Source: Plasmodiophora brassicae
Lineage: Eukaryota
Assembly (NCBI GenBank): GCA_036867785.1
Contig: CP145415.1
Span: 744,001-808,000 of the forward strand
Reading direction: 5' to 3'
Length of the DNA: 64,000 nucleotides
The notes beneath the pieces are model-generated. The model worked only from the letters and a program-made list of their open reading frames with translations. It ran no database searches and was not told the origin of the DNA. The stretch's first letter is position 1. Each line of letters opens with the position of its first letter. A program made the position numbers and the translations under genes. Shown piece by piece: positions 26,237 through 38,362 of this stretch.

Positions 26237-26315
26237 GCACGTTGTCGCGCTCACGACCACCTGGACTGATCTCCATAAATACAGCAATCAATCTGTCGTT
26301 CCTCGTCTTTATTCG

Positions 26316-27863
26316 TTAGCGTTGCCGCGAATCCCACAGGCGGACGAGCTCGTTGACGACCGCAGAAACGTCGGCGTCGACGGTCTTACCAGGCACGTAG
26401 TAATGCAAGCCGTCGCGGCTATCGTCAAACATGGCGCCCGTCGTCTGGAACGTGTCGACCCATCCCAGACCGCGCTTCAGGGCTTCGTCCCTAACCACAA
26501 GGTTCGTGCGGTACAGCATCTGCGCCAAGTACCACCTGGAGTTCGTCCCGAACGAAACGTGTTCATCGTCCGGCCCGGCCGCGATCATGTGGGTGCTGGG
26601 CTCCCCCATGACGACGATCTCGAACCGGTCGGTGTACTTCATCGCCCGGCACTCGTTCTGGACAATGTCGAGGATGTCGGACGCGTACCGCCGGAAGCGC
26701 TCCATTGTGAATTCGGTACGTGGCACGTGGTCGACCTCGTGGATGCCGATGGCGATAACAATGGCAGCGCGTCGGGCCAGGTCGCTGCGATTCCCGCACA
26801 GCTGGCTGGAATCCAGCTCCATCGCAATCGACGTCATGACGCGGGCGTACCTCTCGTGGAACCGGTCGATGGTGATCTCGTCGGCGCGGATGTCGACCCG
26901 GTCCAGGCTCATGTAGATCTGGTTGGATCGAACGCGGCCGCCCGCCACCGTGGCATCGTGCGGCTCGAATTTCTCCCCGACGATCATGAAGTCGTGTTCG
27001 ATGTCGTGCCCTAGCTGCTGCATGAATCGGCACCATCGTTCTCGGACTCGCGATGTCCCATAGAACAGCAGGTCGAGCGACCCGATACCGAGGCGGTCCA
27101 TCGCGGCCAGCATGTCCAGCGACGTGTTCAGGGGCCGGTCCTGGAATCGGACCACGTCCCGTACGAGGTTGCTAGGGCGGACGTGTATCCGTCTCTTCTG
27201 CATCACGAGAGCCGAGGGGATAGGCGGCGCCTCGGTTAGGAAGTCGACACCTTCGAGGACGAACACCAGCTCGTAGTCGCCAGCGCATGCACCGTATAGT
27301 TCCGCCTTGTACACGTCGCCGCCGGACGGCTCGAGAAACAACGAGAACCGGTGCCCGACGGGATCCCTGATATACGCTCGAATCGAGCATTGGCCCACAT
27401 GGCATGGGGCTGCTTCTAAGGCTGACGTTATCGTGGTCACGATCTCCGTCGTCCCACAGACGTGCACGCGAGAGACATTGCTCGCCCACTGGGATATATC
27501 GAGAGACACCTGGCACCGAGCAGCAGTGCCTGAAGCGCCAGGATCGATCTGCCGGGTCGCTAGCGGAATGTGGTCCCCGGCGCCCTCGGTGGTCGACCAC
27601 CGCACGGTTGGTGCCAGGTGCGCACAATCCTGAACGCGCGTGAAGAGCACCAGCAGCAGCGCAGCGTTGACCACCAACGTGGCGACAATCCAGGAACGCG
27701 CCGGAACCATCGGGCGGGGCGTCGAACGTACTGAAATCGCGGTTGCGGATTCGCTGGCTGCCTTGTCGGGTTTCGCAGCACTATCCGAGTCGTCACTCCG
27801 GCGGGGGAGGCTCCGCGGCGACCCTGGAACGGTTTCTGCGGGCCATCGTTTGTTCGTTTTCAT
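26316..27863 (-). CDS. Type II membrane protein with Ig-like region and SGNH/PC-esterase-like domain
   Basis: N-terminal TM (WIVATLVVNAALLLVLF), LLFYGTSRVRE (GDS-like), C-terminal DGLHY (DxxH); 515-aa ORF. Confidence 0.62.
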   Translation of the reverse strand: MKTNKRWPAETVPGSPRSLPRRSDDSDSAAKPDKAASESATAISVRSTPRPMVPARSWIVATLVVNAALLLVLFTRVQDCAHLAPTVRWSTTEGAGDHIPLATRQIDPGASGTAARCQVSLDISQWASNVSRVHVCGTTEIVTTITSALEAAPCHVGQCSIRAYIRDPVGHRFSLFLEPSGGDVYKAELYGACAGDYELVFVLEGVDFLTEAPPIPSALVMQKRRIHVRPSNLVRDVVRFQDRPLNTSLDMLAAMDRLGIGSLDLLFYGTSRVRERWCRFMQQLGHDIEHDFMIVGEKFEPHDATVAGGRVRSNQIYMSLDRVDIRADEITIDRFHERYARVMTSIAMELDSSQLCGNRSDLARRAAIVIAIGIHEVDHVPRTEFTMERFRRYASDILDIVQNECRAMKYTDRFEIVVMGEPSTHMIAAGPDDEHVSFGTNSRWYLAQMLYRTNLVVRDEALKRGLGWVDTFQTTGAMFDDSRDGLHYYVPGKTVDADVSAVVNELVRLWDSRQR

Positions 27864-28117
27864 TCCGACAGAGGGGGTATTGCAGCTCAGCTATCTATAG
27901 TGATTCCAGAATGAGCCATGGCGGCGATCAGCGGCCAAGGCCGCGATCAAGCCGCGAACAGCATCCGGTCGAGATGTCTCTTCATCACTGCAATATCGTA
28001 TATCGTATAATTGCAGTCTGAGGTTTAACAAAGACTAATTATAGTGAGTGCGCAGCTGCCGACTATAGCGGGTGCCCGGACCCGCACCGTCCTATGGGGC
28101 CTGTTCCCGCTGCCTCC

Positions 28118-29874
28118 TCAGTTCATTTCGAGGACGACCGGCATGCTGGTGCCCCGCTGCGGGTGGGGCACCTTCTCGGCAGCGACCGACGTCGGGGTCA
28201 CCTCGCTGTCCAGGGCCATCCGTTCAATGCGACTGGCTTCGTACTCGGCCCACGCCGCCTTCCCCGCTGCTGTCGAGCGGAACCTCGGCAGTATGTCTGT
28301 GTAGGTCGTACGTCCTGAGCAAAGAGTGACCCCCGCGATCTCCAACCGGGCTTACCAACCTTGCGCTATTAGGAACTCGATCGCGTTCACAGCGTCTGTG
28401 TATACGCTGCTGTTCAGGATCGAACTTGCCGACCCTTGCGTGGTCGACAGCGAGCACGCATCGGGTGGTCCTGCCAATCCTTTGAAATAGGCGTGGAGGC
28501 TGACCGTCACGTCTGCAGGCAGGTTGACCTAGGCGGACACGGTCAGGCTGATGTCGCATGCCTGCGCTGCGCCAGCGAGAACATACCTCTAAGGGAGCGC
28601 CAGGAGCAATGAACGTGTTGTAGATGAATTGCATCTGCGGCTGGTCGCTCTTGACCCCCAGGCGCCGCAGGGAACGCGACGACCGGATCCGAGAGAGTCG
28701 TTTGATAGGGGACGCGGTCCCATTGTCGCACTCCTGAACGGATTTCCAGAACAGCAGGTTCTCGGCGTTGCATTCGGTGATGGCGTGCTGGTAGAGCGCG
28801 TCGAACCATTTCGGCACCGACAGGAACGGGTGGATGTCCTGGTACGTTTCAGGGCTTGACTCAGCAGCGAACCGTTTCGCCCTAACGACTGGCTCGGTGA
28901 TAGCGAAATGGAACACGGCATGGAACCCGAGGATCAGCAAGTTCCCGAAGACATCGGCGTTGGTAGCTGACAGAGCCGTCCGCCCGAACAGGGTCGTCAG
29001 CACCAGGTACAGTGCATAGCTGAGTAGGTACGAGACGGCGACGCGCTTCAGGCCCGACTTGGTCCCTGTCGAATCCTGGACGCCGGACAGGCAGAACGAT
29101 ATGAAGGCCGCCAGCAGTAGGCTAACCACGCCCTTGCAAATGACGACGATGATCCTGGACACGTTTGTCAGGTCGCTGAACGTAAGGGAGACGTAGACGA
29201 CCGTACAGGTTCACACAGCCCCGATGTACTGCGTTGTTAGTGCATTCAGAGGCCGGCAGGAACGCGAGGCCCTGGTGACGTGAGAAGAGCACCAGGCACG
29301 GAATGGCCTGCAGCACAATTGCATTGACAGCAATGAACAGGATGGACGCCGCCGGGGTCAGGAGGCATGCCAGGTATCGGGCGGCACTCGGAACCTTTGG
29401 TGCCTCCCTGTTCGTGTCGAGTGTCCCAGCAGTACTCATGCTCGCGACAGCGCCAGACTTATTGACCCGCTGGAATGTCTTCAGTTTGCGATAGACCTTA
29501 CGCGGCGGTCAGTTCGGTGAGAGCATCCTCTAGACTGCTCCCGACGTACGTTGGCGGCTTCGAGGAGGAATATGTCGATTGTGATGGACTCGGTCACCAT
29601 GAGCGGTATGGCGGCGGCAATAACGGGAAACTGTTCCATTGCTTGGGACATACACAGTACCCAGATGTGGAACAAGAGGGACCACCCGGCGGCAGTCACG
29701 AACCCGTGCCTCCACAACCTGGTCGGATCATGAACCGCGACGCACGGCATGTGCAAGTCAGGCGACGGACCGAATGGGGAAGTCTTGCCGATGGCACCTG
29801 TACTGGTACAGGCGAACCGGCATGTAGCCTGTCAGGGCCAGCTGGACGAGGTACAGACTATTGTAGTCGAACAT
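28118..29874 (-). CDS. Second multi-TM RGS protein (multi-exon)
   Basis: Hydrophobic helices, then FLSVPKWFDALYQHAITECNAENLLFW..IYNTFIAPGAPLE|VNLP..DILPRFRST. Start and 5' exons tentative. Confidence 0.8.
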
Positions 29875-30141
29875 GGCGCTGCGGATATGCCAGTGGACCT
29901 GGGCGTAAACAGCCAGTTGTCGTGTCGCGTGGACCTGTTGTTCGATCGTTCTCTCTGGCACAGCCTGTAGTCTGTGACCGCCGTCACACGAAGAGGACGA
30001 CGACGAACTGGGGGAGATCGATTGCAAGGACGGGCGGAACCAACCGGGTAGAGATGGGAACTCGAACTGATAGCGTTTGTATTTACTTTAAGCAATGAAT
30101 TGAGGTGGTGATCACAGAATTCGTTACTAGACTGCCAACGA

Positions 30142-33082
30142 TCATTCGTGGTTCAGTAACCGCTGCCTGTCAGAACGCAGGCAGTGTCAGATAGATTCCA
30201 GACAAGACGACGGGCAGTGTCCGCACCCGACTAGATACCGATCGTTAAACAGGGACTTCTCCAGATTGCAGAACCAGCGCAACAGTAACGCGCACAGGAA
30301 CACGGCGAATCGACCCACTCCAAACACAAAGAAGCCGAACCTCAGCATGACTTCCTGGCCTCGGGGGGACTCGTCGAGCATCGGGTACACGGCCCGTGCA
30401 AACACATACGGGAACGCTGCGACAAACCGTTGTAAACATTAACATACAGACAACAAGACAAGGAGAGCCCTACCAAGATGGACCCCAACATTGAGCGCCA
30501 CCGGCCATATGATTTCGGTTAGGACCCAGGCAACATCCAGCCCTGTTACGCCCATATGGCCCAGATGCTCAATTCGTTCCCTCCATCGCGACGACGGTAT
30601 AACGCCGATCCGTATCAGTCTTGCACAGATTTTGAGAGTCACGAGTCCAAGAATCCAGTCTTGCGTCAGGTATACCACAGGGCTCTGGTCTACCGGCACC
30701 CTGACAGGAATGATGACGAGCAGGTCAAAGAGAATGCCGACCATTAGCGGAAGTTGCAAGCCACCCGCAAGCATGATCGCAACGACTTTCCCCGACTGTC
30801 GACAATATTCCCGTTCAGATATAAGGCAGTACATTTAAGCTCAAACGCAGGACTCACAAACACGATCCATTTGCTGAGGAATGCTGCCATTTTCGCAAAG
30901 TCTCCTCTTTGACAAACACGGACGGCCGTCTCAATGGCCCATAAGATGCCAAGGAAAATGTTGAAGCCGACGAGGAACGCGTACATGTCATGGTATGTCA
31001 GCACGACGACGGCATGAGCTAGAACCGCCCGCCCAACAAGCAGAGGCGTTACGAAGCAAGCAAAGAAAACGACAATGTACGTTATCCAGGCCAGGAGGAA
31101 CAACAGAAACACGCGCAATGATAGGTGAGAAGGAGCGGCAGGTTGCTGGTTCGTCCCAACAGGCCGTGGCAACACGAAATCGGACAGTGACAGCAGTCGG
31201 CAAACATGTTTCAGCCAGAACGATACAAACCTACTGTGCAAACGGCCTGAGTGTATGCGCTCGATGGCGAACGGGAGACAGAAATGGAGGAACACGAGAT
31301 CACCAGGCATCCTAACATCACGAAACACATCGCTGAGAACCGAGGCTGTCGATTAACAAGAAGCGTACGTACTCGTTTGAATTGGAAAATCGCAGCGTTA
31401 GAGGAGCAACAGACGGGACGATCGACACAGCCATTTTCGTTGGGACATGTAGGCAGAGGAGAAGGAGAACAACATAGATGGTAACAGATACAACCAAACT
31501 TCGAATAAGGCGGGGAAGAGGCTTGTCAACGAGTTCCTGAATAGGGTGGAAATCTGGATCTTCAGGCTACACGACATTCACCATTAGCATGGAGTCATTG
31601 CTGTCGCATGCAGCCCACACTTACGTCTCGGAAAAGAACGAGGTATACCTCTCTTCGAACAGTCTGACGTAGAACGGATGCGAAAACTGACAGGTTTAGA
31701 AAGAGGGCGATGCCTGTGAACCAGAAGAGCAGGACGGAGAGGGACGGAGATGCCAGGAACGCGTCCATCCGAGCTGATAAGGTGGTATGCCGTATCCCGA
31801 TTGTGAGTACATCGATAATTATCCCGAACAGGATCGGGCATCCAACCAGTTCCACTGCTAGTAACACGGCGACTTTGATGCACATCAAGATATTGAGAAA
31901 CGCCGACAGAAGGAAGCGGCCAATAGCATTGCTCCAGGCACTCCCAAACGATGAGACGGCAATGATGAAGAGCGACATCGACAGAACGAGGACTCCAAAT
32001 CCGACGGCAATGGTCATCGCTTGGTCGAAAAACGAGCCCGGGGCGAACGATTCGATAGCACTCACACGCAGTGCATCCGTGTCCGGAACGAGGTTCTCCG
32101 AGAGCGCCAGGGCCATCAGGGTGCTGGCTCCGTCCAGGATCTGGATAGCGAGCGTCGACGACTCGATTTGCCACACATGGTTCATGATTACTCTCCCTGT
32201 CCGTAGAGGTATGAAGATGGCACAGAGAAGCACCATGAAATTGCCTACATAGACGATTAGCACGGTAACGACACAACGGTCGACCGGGTACATACACAGG
32301 AGTACGAACGCGAAGTGGCAAATGAAGACCGTCCAGTGACCAGAGAATCCGAGCCACTGAGAGAGCGGCATGTCTTCAATGAAAACCCCGGCCTCGTCAG
32401 GTTCGGCAACAGGCAAAGGCGCTTGCTCAGCGGGCAGCAGGGCAAACGCTGGGTCGAACGGATCATCGACACCAGGTTCTTCGTCTGAAGGCGCCTGTTC
32501 CCGATTGTCGAACGGGACGAAGTCGTCGGGGAATATATCCCGAAACGAGGCCATCAGAGCGACGGACACGAAAATCAGCGAACAAATCAGGATGCCGGTT
32601 TGGAAATCGAACAGCAGATTCAGCGGAGTCAGTGGACGAGGAAGGACGCCACGAAATGCGGCGACAGAGAACAGCCAGGACAGCTCCGCTCGGAAGCACG
32701 CTCGCAGCATGAACCGCGTCAGCAACGGCACAAGAATTAGCCAGGCAGCGGCGACCACAGCGGATCTTGCAACGCCCGGGAGGCATTTGATAAACCTCGT
32801 CGCAAGATCCGTCACGACCTGGACGAACGACAGCGATTCGGGCGCGTCGCTCGCGTATATCGGTGCGAACGCAATGGGATGCCGACACAGTTCGCATCGC
32901 CCGTCCGTTCGCGGTCGATGCGCCAGCCAGTCCTGCAGGCACGACTGGTGCACCCACTTGATCGACCCGCGGCACAGGCACGGGTTGTACAGCGGCTCGT
33001 CGTCGAACGACCCGCCGCGACAGACGCGGCACTCGCGCACGGTCCCGACGTCATCGACGTCCGCGTCCGCCATCCCGCCCAT
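30142..33082 (-). CDS. MARCHF6: RING-CH membrane E3 ubiquitin ligase, MARCH6/Doa10/SUD1 family (multi-exon)
   Basis: CRVC..PLYNPCLCRGSIKWVHQSCLQDWL..CELC..FAPIY; many TMs; PEDPDFHPIQEL; QDWILG; NDRYLVG..LLN C-terminal element. Confidence 0.93.
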
Positions 33083-33485
33083 CTCAACGCCCGGCGCGAT
33101 GCGCTGCGCGTCACAGGCGAATACCATACCCAAAATGATTCCGCGGAATGGAATCCGGCCCGCCCCAGTGCAGCTGCCGCTCTGCCCCGTGCCCACCCAC
33201 GGCTCAGAACCCGCACTCGCGTTGCTTCGACACGCCGCCCGGCGGTTCGCGTCAGGGCGTCACCCGCGGACGCGCAGTGAACGTGTTTGCCCCGCGGGGC
33301 GCGCAGTCGCCGAAAATAAGTATGGCCCAACGTGAACGAACGACACCTGTCACCCCAACTGCACTGCCCTGCCCGGATACCGACTTGGAACCAGGCGCGC
33401 TCGTCAGGGTCCTTCCGGATGCAGAGATCGCATTCGCGTACTATTATGGTTGGTGTTTAGCTATACCAGGGGAGGCGTCGGGAGT

Positions 33486-34544
33486 ATGAGCGCCAGCGAT
33501 ACCGTCGCAGGCGGGGGGCCGCCAACATCCCCGCGGCGGTCGCTGTTCGGGTCGAAAGGCAATGCGCGGTCGCCGTCCCTGTCGAGCCTGTCCAAGTGGA
33601 AATCGAGGCTGTTCTCGTCGACGCGGTCGCCTTCGATGACAGAGTTTCCTGGGGAACGCGAGTCCATAGGGGAAACGACCGATGCAGGGCAGGAGCGCAC
33701 GATCTCGGACGCCGCCCCTGTGCCGGTGGTCGAGCCATCATCTCCCTCCGATAACCCCAGACGTAAGCTGTGGCGGCGCCTGCGATCCCTCTGGCGCCTG
33801 CGTAGGCGTTCGTTCACAGGGGGACTTCGGGAACAACATCCCCCATCCGGGCAGGAGCAGGCTGTCCCAGGAACGGGCCATCCGCCGCAACCGGCTGCGA
33901 ACGCATCGTCGACGATCATGGAGCAGCAGCCCAAGAAACCGCGACGAAAACCAATACGGTCCCAGAGGCGGCCTCGCCGACCAGATGACTGGTTCTACCA
34001 GCGAGATCGGGAGGAAATGGCAGCCACCATCGCCAAGCGGAACCACCTGATCGCCCGCATTGAACAGGACATGGCGAACACCTGCACGTTCAGCCCCCGC
34101 GTCCCGCCCATGAAGACGAAGCGGAAACTGTTGCCGTTCCACCAGCGGCAACGCCGGGCGTACGAGGCGCGTGTTGCCGAACGTATCGAACGAGATCGGA
34201 TTCGCGCTGCACTGGCGGCTCTCGACGAGCCGAGCGCCCCGCCGTGCCACGACCTCAACGGCGTCTACGACCGCAGCCTCGCATGGAACGACGTGCGCAT
34301 GGAGAAGCGCATCGTCCGCGGCATCGACCAGCGGATCCAGCACCTGTCCGCGTGCACGTTCAAACCCGTCATGGACTGGAAGCACCTGGACGGCGGCACC
34401 GCCGACGGCTTCGGCCAATGGAAATCCAGGACGGCCCACTCCGACAGGTCCAAGCTCTACCTGGAGCTCTCCGACGGCATCCGCATGCTAACAACGGGCG
34501 TTGCCCAGCCCGCGCCTGCATACAATGGGAACCGCGCCTCTTAA
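33486..34544 (+). CDS. Hypothetical basic protein with two CTFxP motifs
   Basis: Long ORF; TCTFSPRVP and ACTFKPVM, a motif common in protist cytoskeletal/ciliary proteins. Confidence 0.6.
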   Translation: MSASDTVAGGGPPTSPRRSLFGSKGNARSPSLSSLSKWKSRLFSSTRSPSMTEFPGERESIGETTDAGQERTISDAAPVPVVEPSSPSDNPRRKLWRRLRSLWRLRRRSFTGGLREQHPPSGQEQAVPGTGHPPQPAANASSTIMEQQPKKPRRKPIRSQRRPRRPDDWFYQRDREEMAATIAKRNHLIARIEQDMANTCTFSPRVPPMKTKRKLLPFHQRQRRAYEARVAERIERDRIRAALAALDEPSAPPCHDLNGVYDRSLAWNDVRMEKRIVRGIDQRIQHLSACTFKPVMDWKHLDGGTADGFGQWKSRTAHSDRSKLYLELSDGIRMLTTGVAQPAPAYNGNRAS

Positions 34545-34593
34545 ACCACAGCACGCAGAGCAACGGCGGGTCAATGTAGCATTCGGTCGGGTA

Positions 34594-37500
34594 CAGTAAT
34601 TGCTCCTATTAAGGTTTCCTGTAATAAGCCCCGAACCCTGAATTCGATGGCTTATGACCCCGAACCCCGATTTCGAGGCATATCCGGGGTCTTAATAAAA
34701 GACATAGGGCTAAATTTAGATGTTTGGGGTCTTATTAGGAATTCCACATAACGTTTTGCTGTTTTTTTTGGTGCACGGACTACGCGGCGGTGCCGCGGCG
34801 CAAGCTCATTGACTCATTGTGCATTGTCGAATGGTGTTGTAGTGCTTCTGTGCGAATGTCATCGATGCTGGAAGAGCTCCGTGAGCTATCTGGGCTGCTG
34901 AAGGATGATATTATAACACCTTCGGAGTTCGATGATATGAAACGAGCGCTTATCGCCCGATACAAGGGATCAGGCAACACAGGTCCCAGCGACAACAGTC
35001 ACCTCGAGGAATCGAGTGAAGGTCAGCGAGTTTTTGCCACGAACGTTCGTGAATAACTGTCTCTCTCGTAGACGTGAATGGAAAGCAAGAAGCAAGACCC
35101 GCATCGTGTGCGTCTTCGTCAGACAGAACTCTTGACCCTTTCCGTCCTGGCTCTGCTGCTCACAGTACGTGTTGTGGTTACTTGTTCGTTCTTGAACTAA
35201 TGACGTTTGCTGACAGGTAGTTCATCGAATGCAACGTCCGGAAAGACTGTGACGTCGCAAGCGACTCTGCATAAATACTTCGGGCCGTCCATGTTAATGT
35301 CCCGTGGCTCCGGCGAGATATTCGTGTCCTCCAAGTGTCCAGCTATGGTCAAGGACAGGTTCACATGCTCTGAATGTGATAAACGCTGTCAAACCAAACA
35401 AGCCCTGATTTCCCACATGAAAACGCACAAGGTCGAGGAAGAATGTATGCCGAATGGAGTTTCTACGCCCAATATTGTGCCTTGTGTGATAATTCGTGGT
35501 TGTGTCATAGACCAAGCAAATCCCCAGCCTGATGAACAACGGGTTGATGGCCCTTCGTCGAAGCGCCAGCGTTATTCGTTTGAGCGCAAGGTGGATATTA
35601 TCAAAGAAGTATTGGACACGCAGCGTCCTAGCTCGGGTGAGAAGCGGTCTCGTGCGCTGGCGGTTCAACTTGTATCCGATGATACTGGTATACCTGCAAC
35701 GACCATCGCAAGATGGATGAAGAACGAAGATCAACTACGTGACCGTGTGGCTTCGTCGGCCGATCGTGCCAAGAAGTCCTCGTACAATCGCTGTTGGTTG
35801 AAGGACTTGCGGCACCTCGAAGAGGTGCTTGCTCGCGAGATCCGCAAAGAGAGGGCGAAAGGTGGTTCCGGGTTAACCGTCAAAGGTAACCGTTTTAACT
35901 GTGTAATTCCAGGTAGGAAAATATCGAAGAACTGGTCACTCTCAATGGCCAGGCAGATTCGTCGAAGGCCGAACATCGTAAATCCAAACAACGCGAAGGA
36001 GATTAAGCTCTCGTATGGGTGGTACTATCATGGGTTCCTTCCGAGGCACGATTTCTCCATCAGACGCGGGAACAACCGAAAGAAGATTGATGCAGTAGCA
36101 TACAAGCCCATCGTTTACGAATTTCATCAACTACTCGCGAAACGCAATTCCAGTCGTAGTGTATTTCCACATTCCATGTTCAACTTCGATGAGGTCCATT
36201 CCGCCTAGATGCTCTGTATTGCACTTCTTTGATGCTTTGCAGGTTCCTCTTCCATTCGTGAATGATGGTGACAGACGGACCGTTGACGACGTTGGCACAA
36301 AGCGAGTCTGGATCAGGCAGCCGGGTGCGGGAGATGAAAAGCGGCAGGCGACACTGTTCCTCTGCATTGGGGCGGATTGTGAGGTCCAACCGCGACCCCA
36401 TGTCATATTTCGCGGCAAGGGTACACAGATTCTCCGATCTGACGAGCCGAATCAATGGGTGTGTTCTTCACTGGACGCTTCAAATCAACTTCTAAGTGCC
36501 ATTTGTCACAGGACTCCAGGGTGTCGGTCCATTTTCAAGAAAACGGATGGGTTGACACCAAGACCGCTGTAAACATCGCGAAGGTCATGCAGCAAGATCC
36601 TGCGTTCGTAAACCCTGACGAGAATCGGACCTTCCTCTGCGACAACCTTCAATCCCACAAGGCACCAGAGTTTGTCGATTCGATGAAGTCCTTGGGCGAA
36701 ATCGTGCTGTTTCCGCCAAACGTTACTGATTTGTTGCAACCTGGTATGTATTTCGTTCACCTTGATTTTCCCATGCTAATTGTCGTTGACAGTCGATGCC
36801 GGCGCCGGTCGGATGATGAAATATCTGATCGCATCGCGGCTTGATGCGCAGATGGACGATGACGCTGCGTTCTCATCCAAATGGTTAGGAGGAAAGTTCA
36901 CGGCTTCCGAGCGTCGCGTCCTCATTACCAACTGGGTGGGTGAAGCGTGGGAGCGGTTGTGTCAAGCGGGGTACATTCATAAGTACTTCGAGAAGACCGG
37001 TTGCCTGCTTGGTACGGTGGGTGCGGATCCCGGCAGGATCAAGATCCAGGGTCTTGATGAGTACCGGTTTATCCCGAACGTCCCGTTCATAATTAACGTC
37101 GATGACGGGACAGATTCCGACAGCAGCGACAGCGGCGAATTTTCTGAAGGCACCTACAAGGCCGCAGACCCTAGTTCATCGGACGAGGACGCGCCTATCC
37201 TGTCGTATGAACCCGGACAAAACCGTTTTCGTGAAGGCGACTATGTCGAGGTGTTCGACTCCGATGGCCAGCCGCTACTCACCGGCTCTGTTACTGCACC
37301 GCGTACCTCTCTACACGGACAGCCTGTGCCCGACGGCCACATCGTGGTCGTTATCGCACGACTGCACACTACAAGTTGTCTGGGCGTGGATCACTTTGGA
37401 GAACCTGTTGGCGTCGGAGGATATACTGCCGTCCCTGTGAATCGAGCATTCCTGTGCTGCGACAAATAAATGTTCCGTTTCTTGTTGTTTGGGCTAATCG

Positions 37501-37679
37501 GGACCAGTCTGTGGTTGAATTACGCAACGTAACTCCAAGTATAAACTGTGCTCCTGATAAGACCCCAAGCACTGAACCTACCCAAAAAATATTTCACAAT
37601 AAGACCCCAAACCCTCACAATGCTCTATGACCCCGAACCCCAATTATTTCAGTTCGGGGCTTATTAGAAGCAATTACTG
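34594..37679 (+). mobile_element. Complete pogo-type (Tc1/mariner-related) DNA transposon, 3086 bp, TA target-site duplication
   Basis: TA|CAGTAATTGCTCCTATTAAG ... CTTATTAGAAGCAATTACTG|TA (18/20 TIR match); subterminal repeats TAAGCCCCGAAC, ATGACCCCGAACCC and TAAGACCCC at both ends. Confidence 0.95.
34856..37469 (+). CDS. DDE_1 (pogo/CENP-B) transposase, 7 exons, with SHOCT-like, C2H2, HTH and extra C-terminal domain
   Basis: Spliced motifs FNFDE|VPLPF, FQENGWVD, CDNLQSH, FPPNVTDLLQP|VDAG (DD34D); CSECDKRCQTKQALISHMKTH; RQRYSFERKVDII..GIPATTIARW; LSYGWYYHGFLPRH. Confidence 0.9.
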
Positions 37680-37747
37680 TAGTGCCGTCGTCGATCCGAT
37701 CGACGCAGTCCGTGGCGAGCATTGGTCGAGGGACGACGACGCACGCG

Positions 37748-38362
37748 ATGACGTTGTTCCACTTCCTGAACTGTGCGGCGCTGTCGCTCGGCCCGCACGC
37801 CGTCGTCTACCATTTCCAGTACGCGGCGTCGCGGACAACGTTCACGGCGCTGCTCGTGTACGTCGTGCTGAACCTGGTGCGGATCATCGCCGTCGTCCCG
37901 GTCGTCGGCAATTCGCTGGTCGTCGCGAGGGCGTTCGACGTGGCCGGCCTCTGGGCGACGCTGACGATGCTGTCGGCGCGGAACGCGACGCTGGTGGCGA
38001 TCGCGTGGGCGGCCATTGATTCCGTCTGCTCGAACGCCATGCTGCTGATCGACCTGCTCCGCTCGAGCGAGTTCAGCTGGGGCGCGCTCGAATCCGCTAT
38101 GCTGTCGAGCCCCACCCTGCTGATGACGATCGCCGTCGTACTGTCCATGGCGGACGCCAGACGCAACCCGAAATCCGCCAGCGCCGCCGGCGCGTTTGTC
38201 GCCAACGTTCTCGCTTTCGTCGTTGCCGGCCCTGTCCTGCTAGCGAAAGTGCAACATCATATCGCGTGTGCCGCCCTGACCGCCATCTCGTGTGGTCTGC
38301 TGGCCATGACAGCGTACGGGTCGCGCCTGTCCGATATCACGCTGGCCAAGAAGGCCAAATAA
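37748..38362 (+). CDS. TMEM147: TMEM147-like ER membrane protein
   Basis: N-terminus MTLFHFLNCAALSLGPHAVVY; AWA..DS; EFSW motif; multipass. Confidence 0.8.
   Translation: MTLFHFLNCAALSLGPHAVVYHFQYAASRTTFTALLVYVVLNLVRIIAVVPVVGNSLVVARAFDVAGLWATLTMLSARNATLVAIAWAAIDSVCSNAMLLIDLLRSSEFSWGALESAMLSSPTLLMTIAVVLSMADARRNPKSASAAGAFVANVLAFVVAGPVLLAKVQHHIACAALTAISCGLLAMTAYGSRLSDITLAKKAK

Noticed and set aside
25463-27014. Long overlapping ORFs antisense to RPL18 and the esterase-like gene
   Set aside because: Shadow frames expected from GC-rich codon usage opposite real genes.
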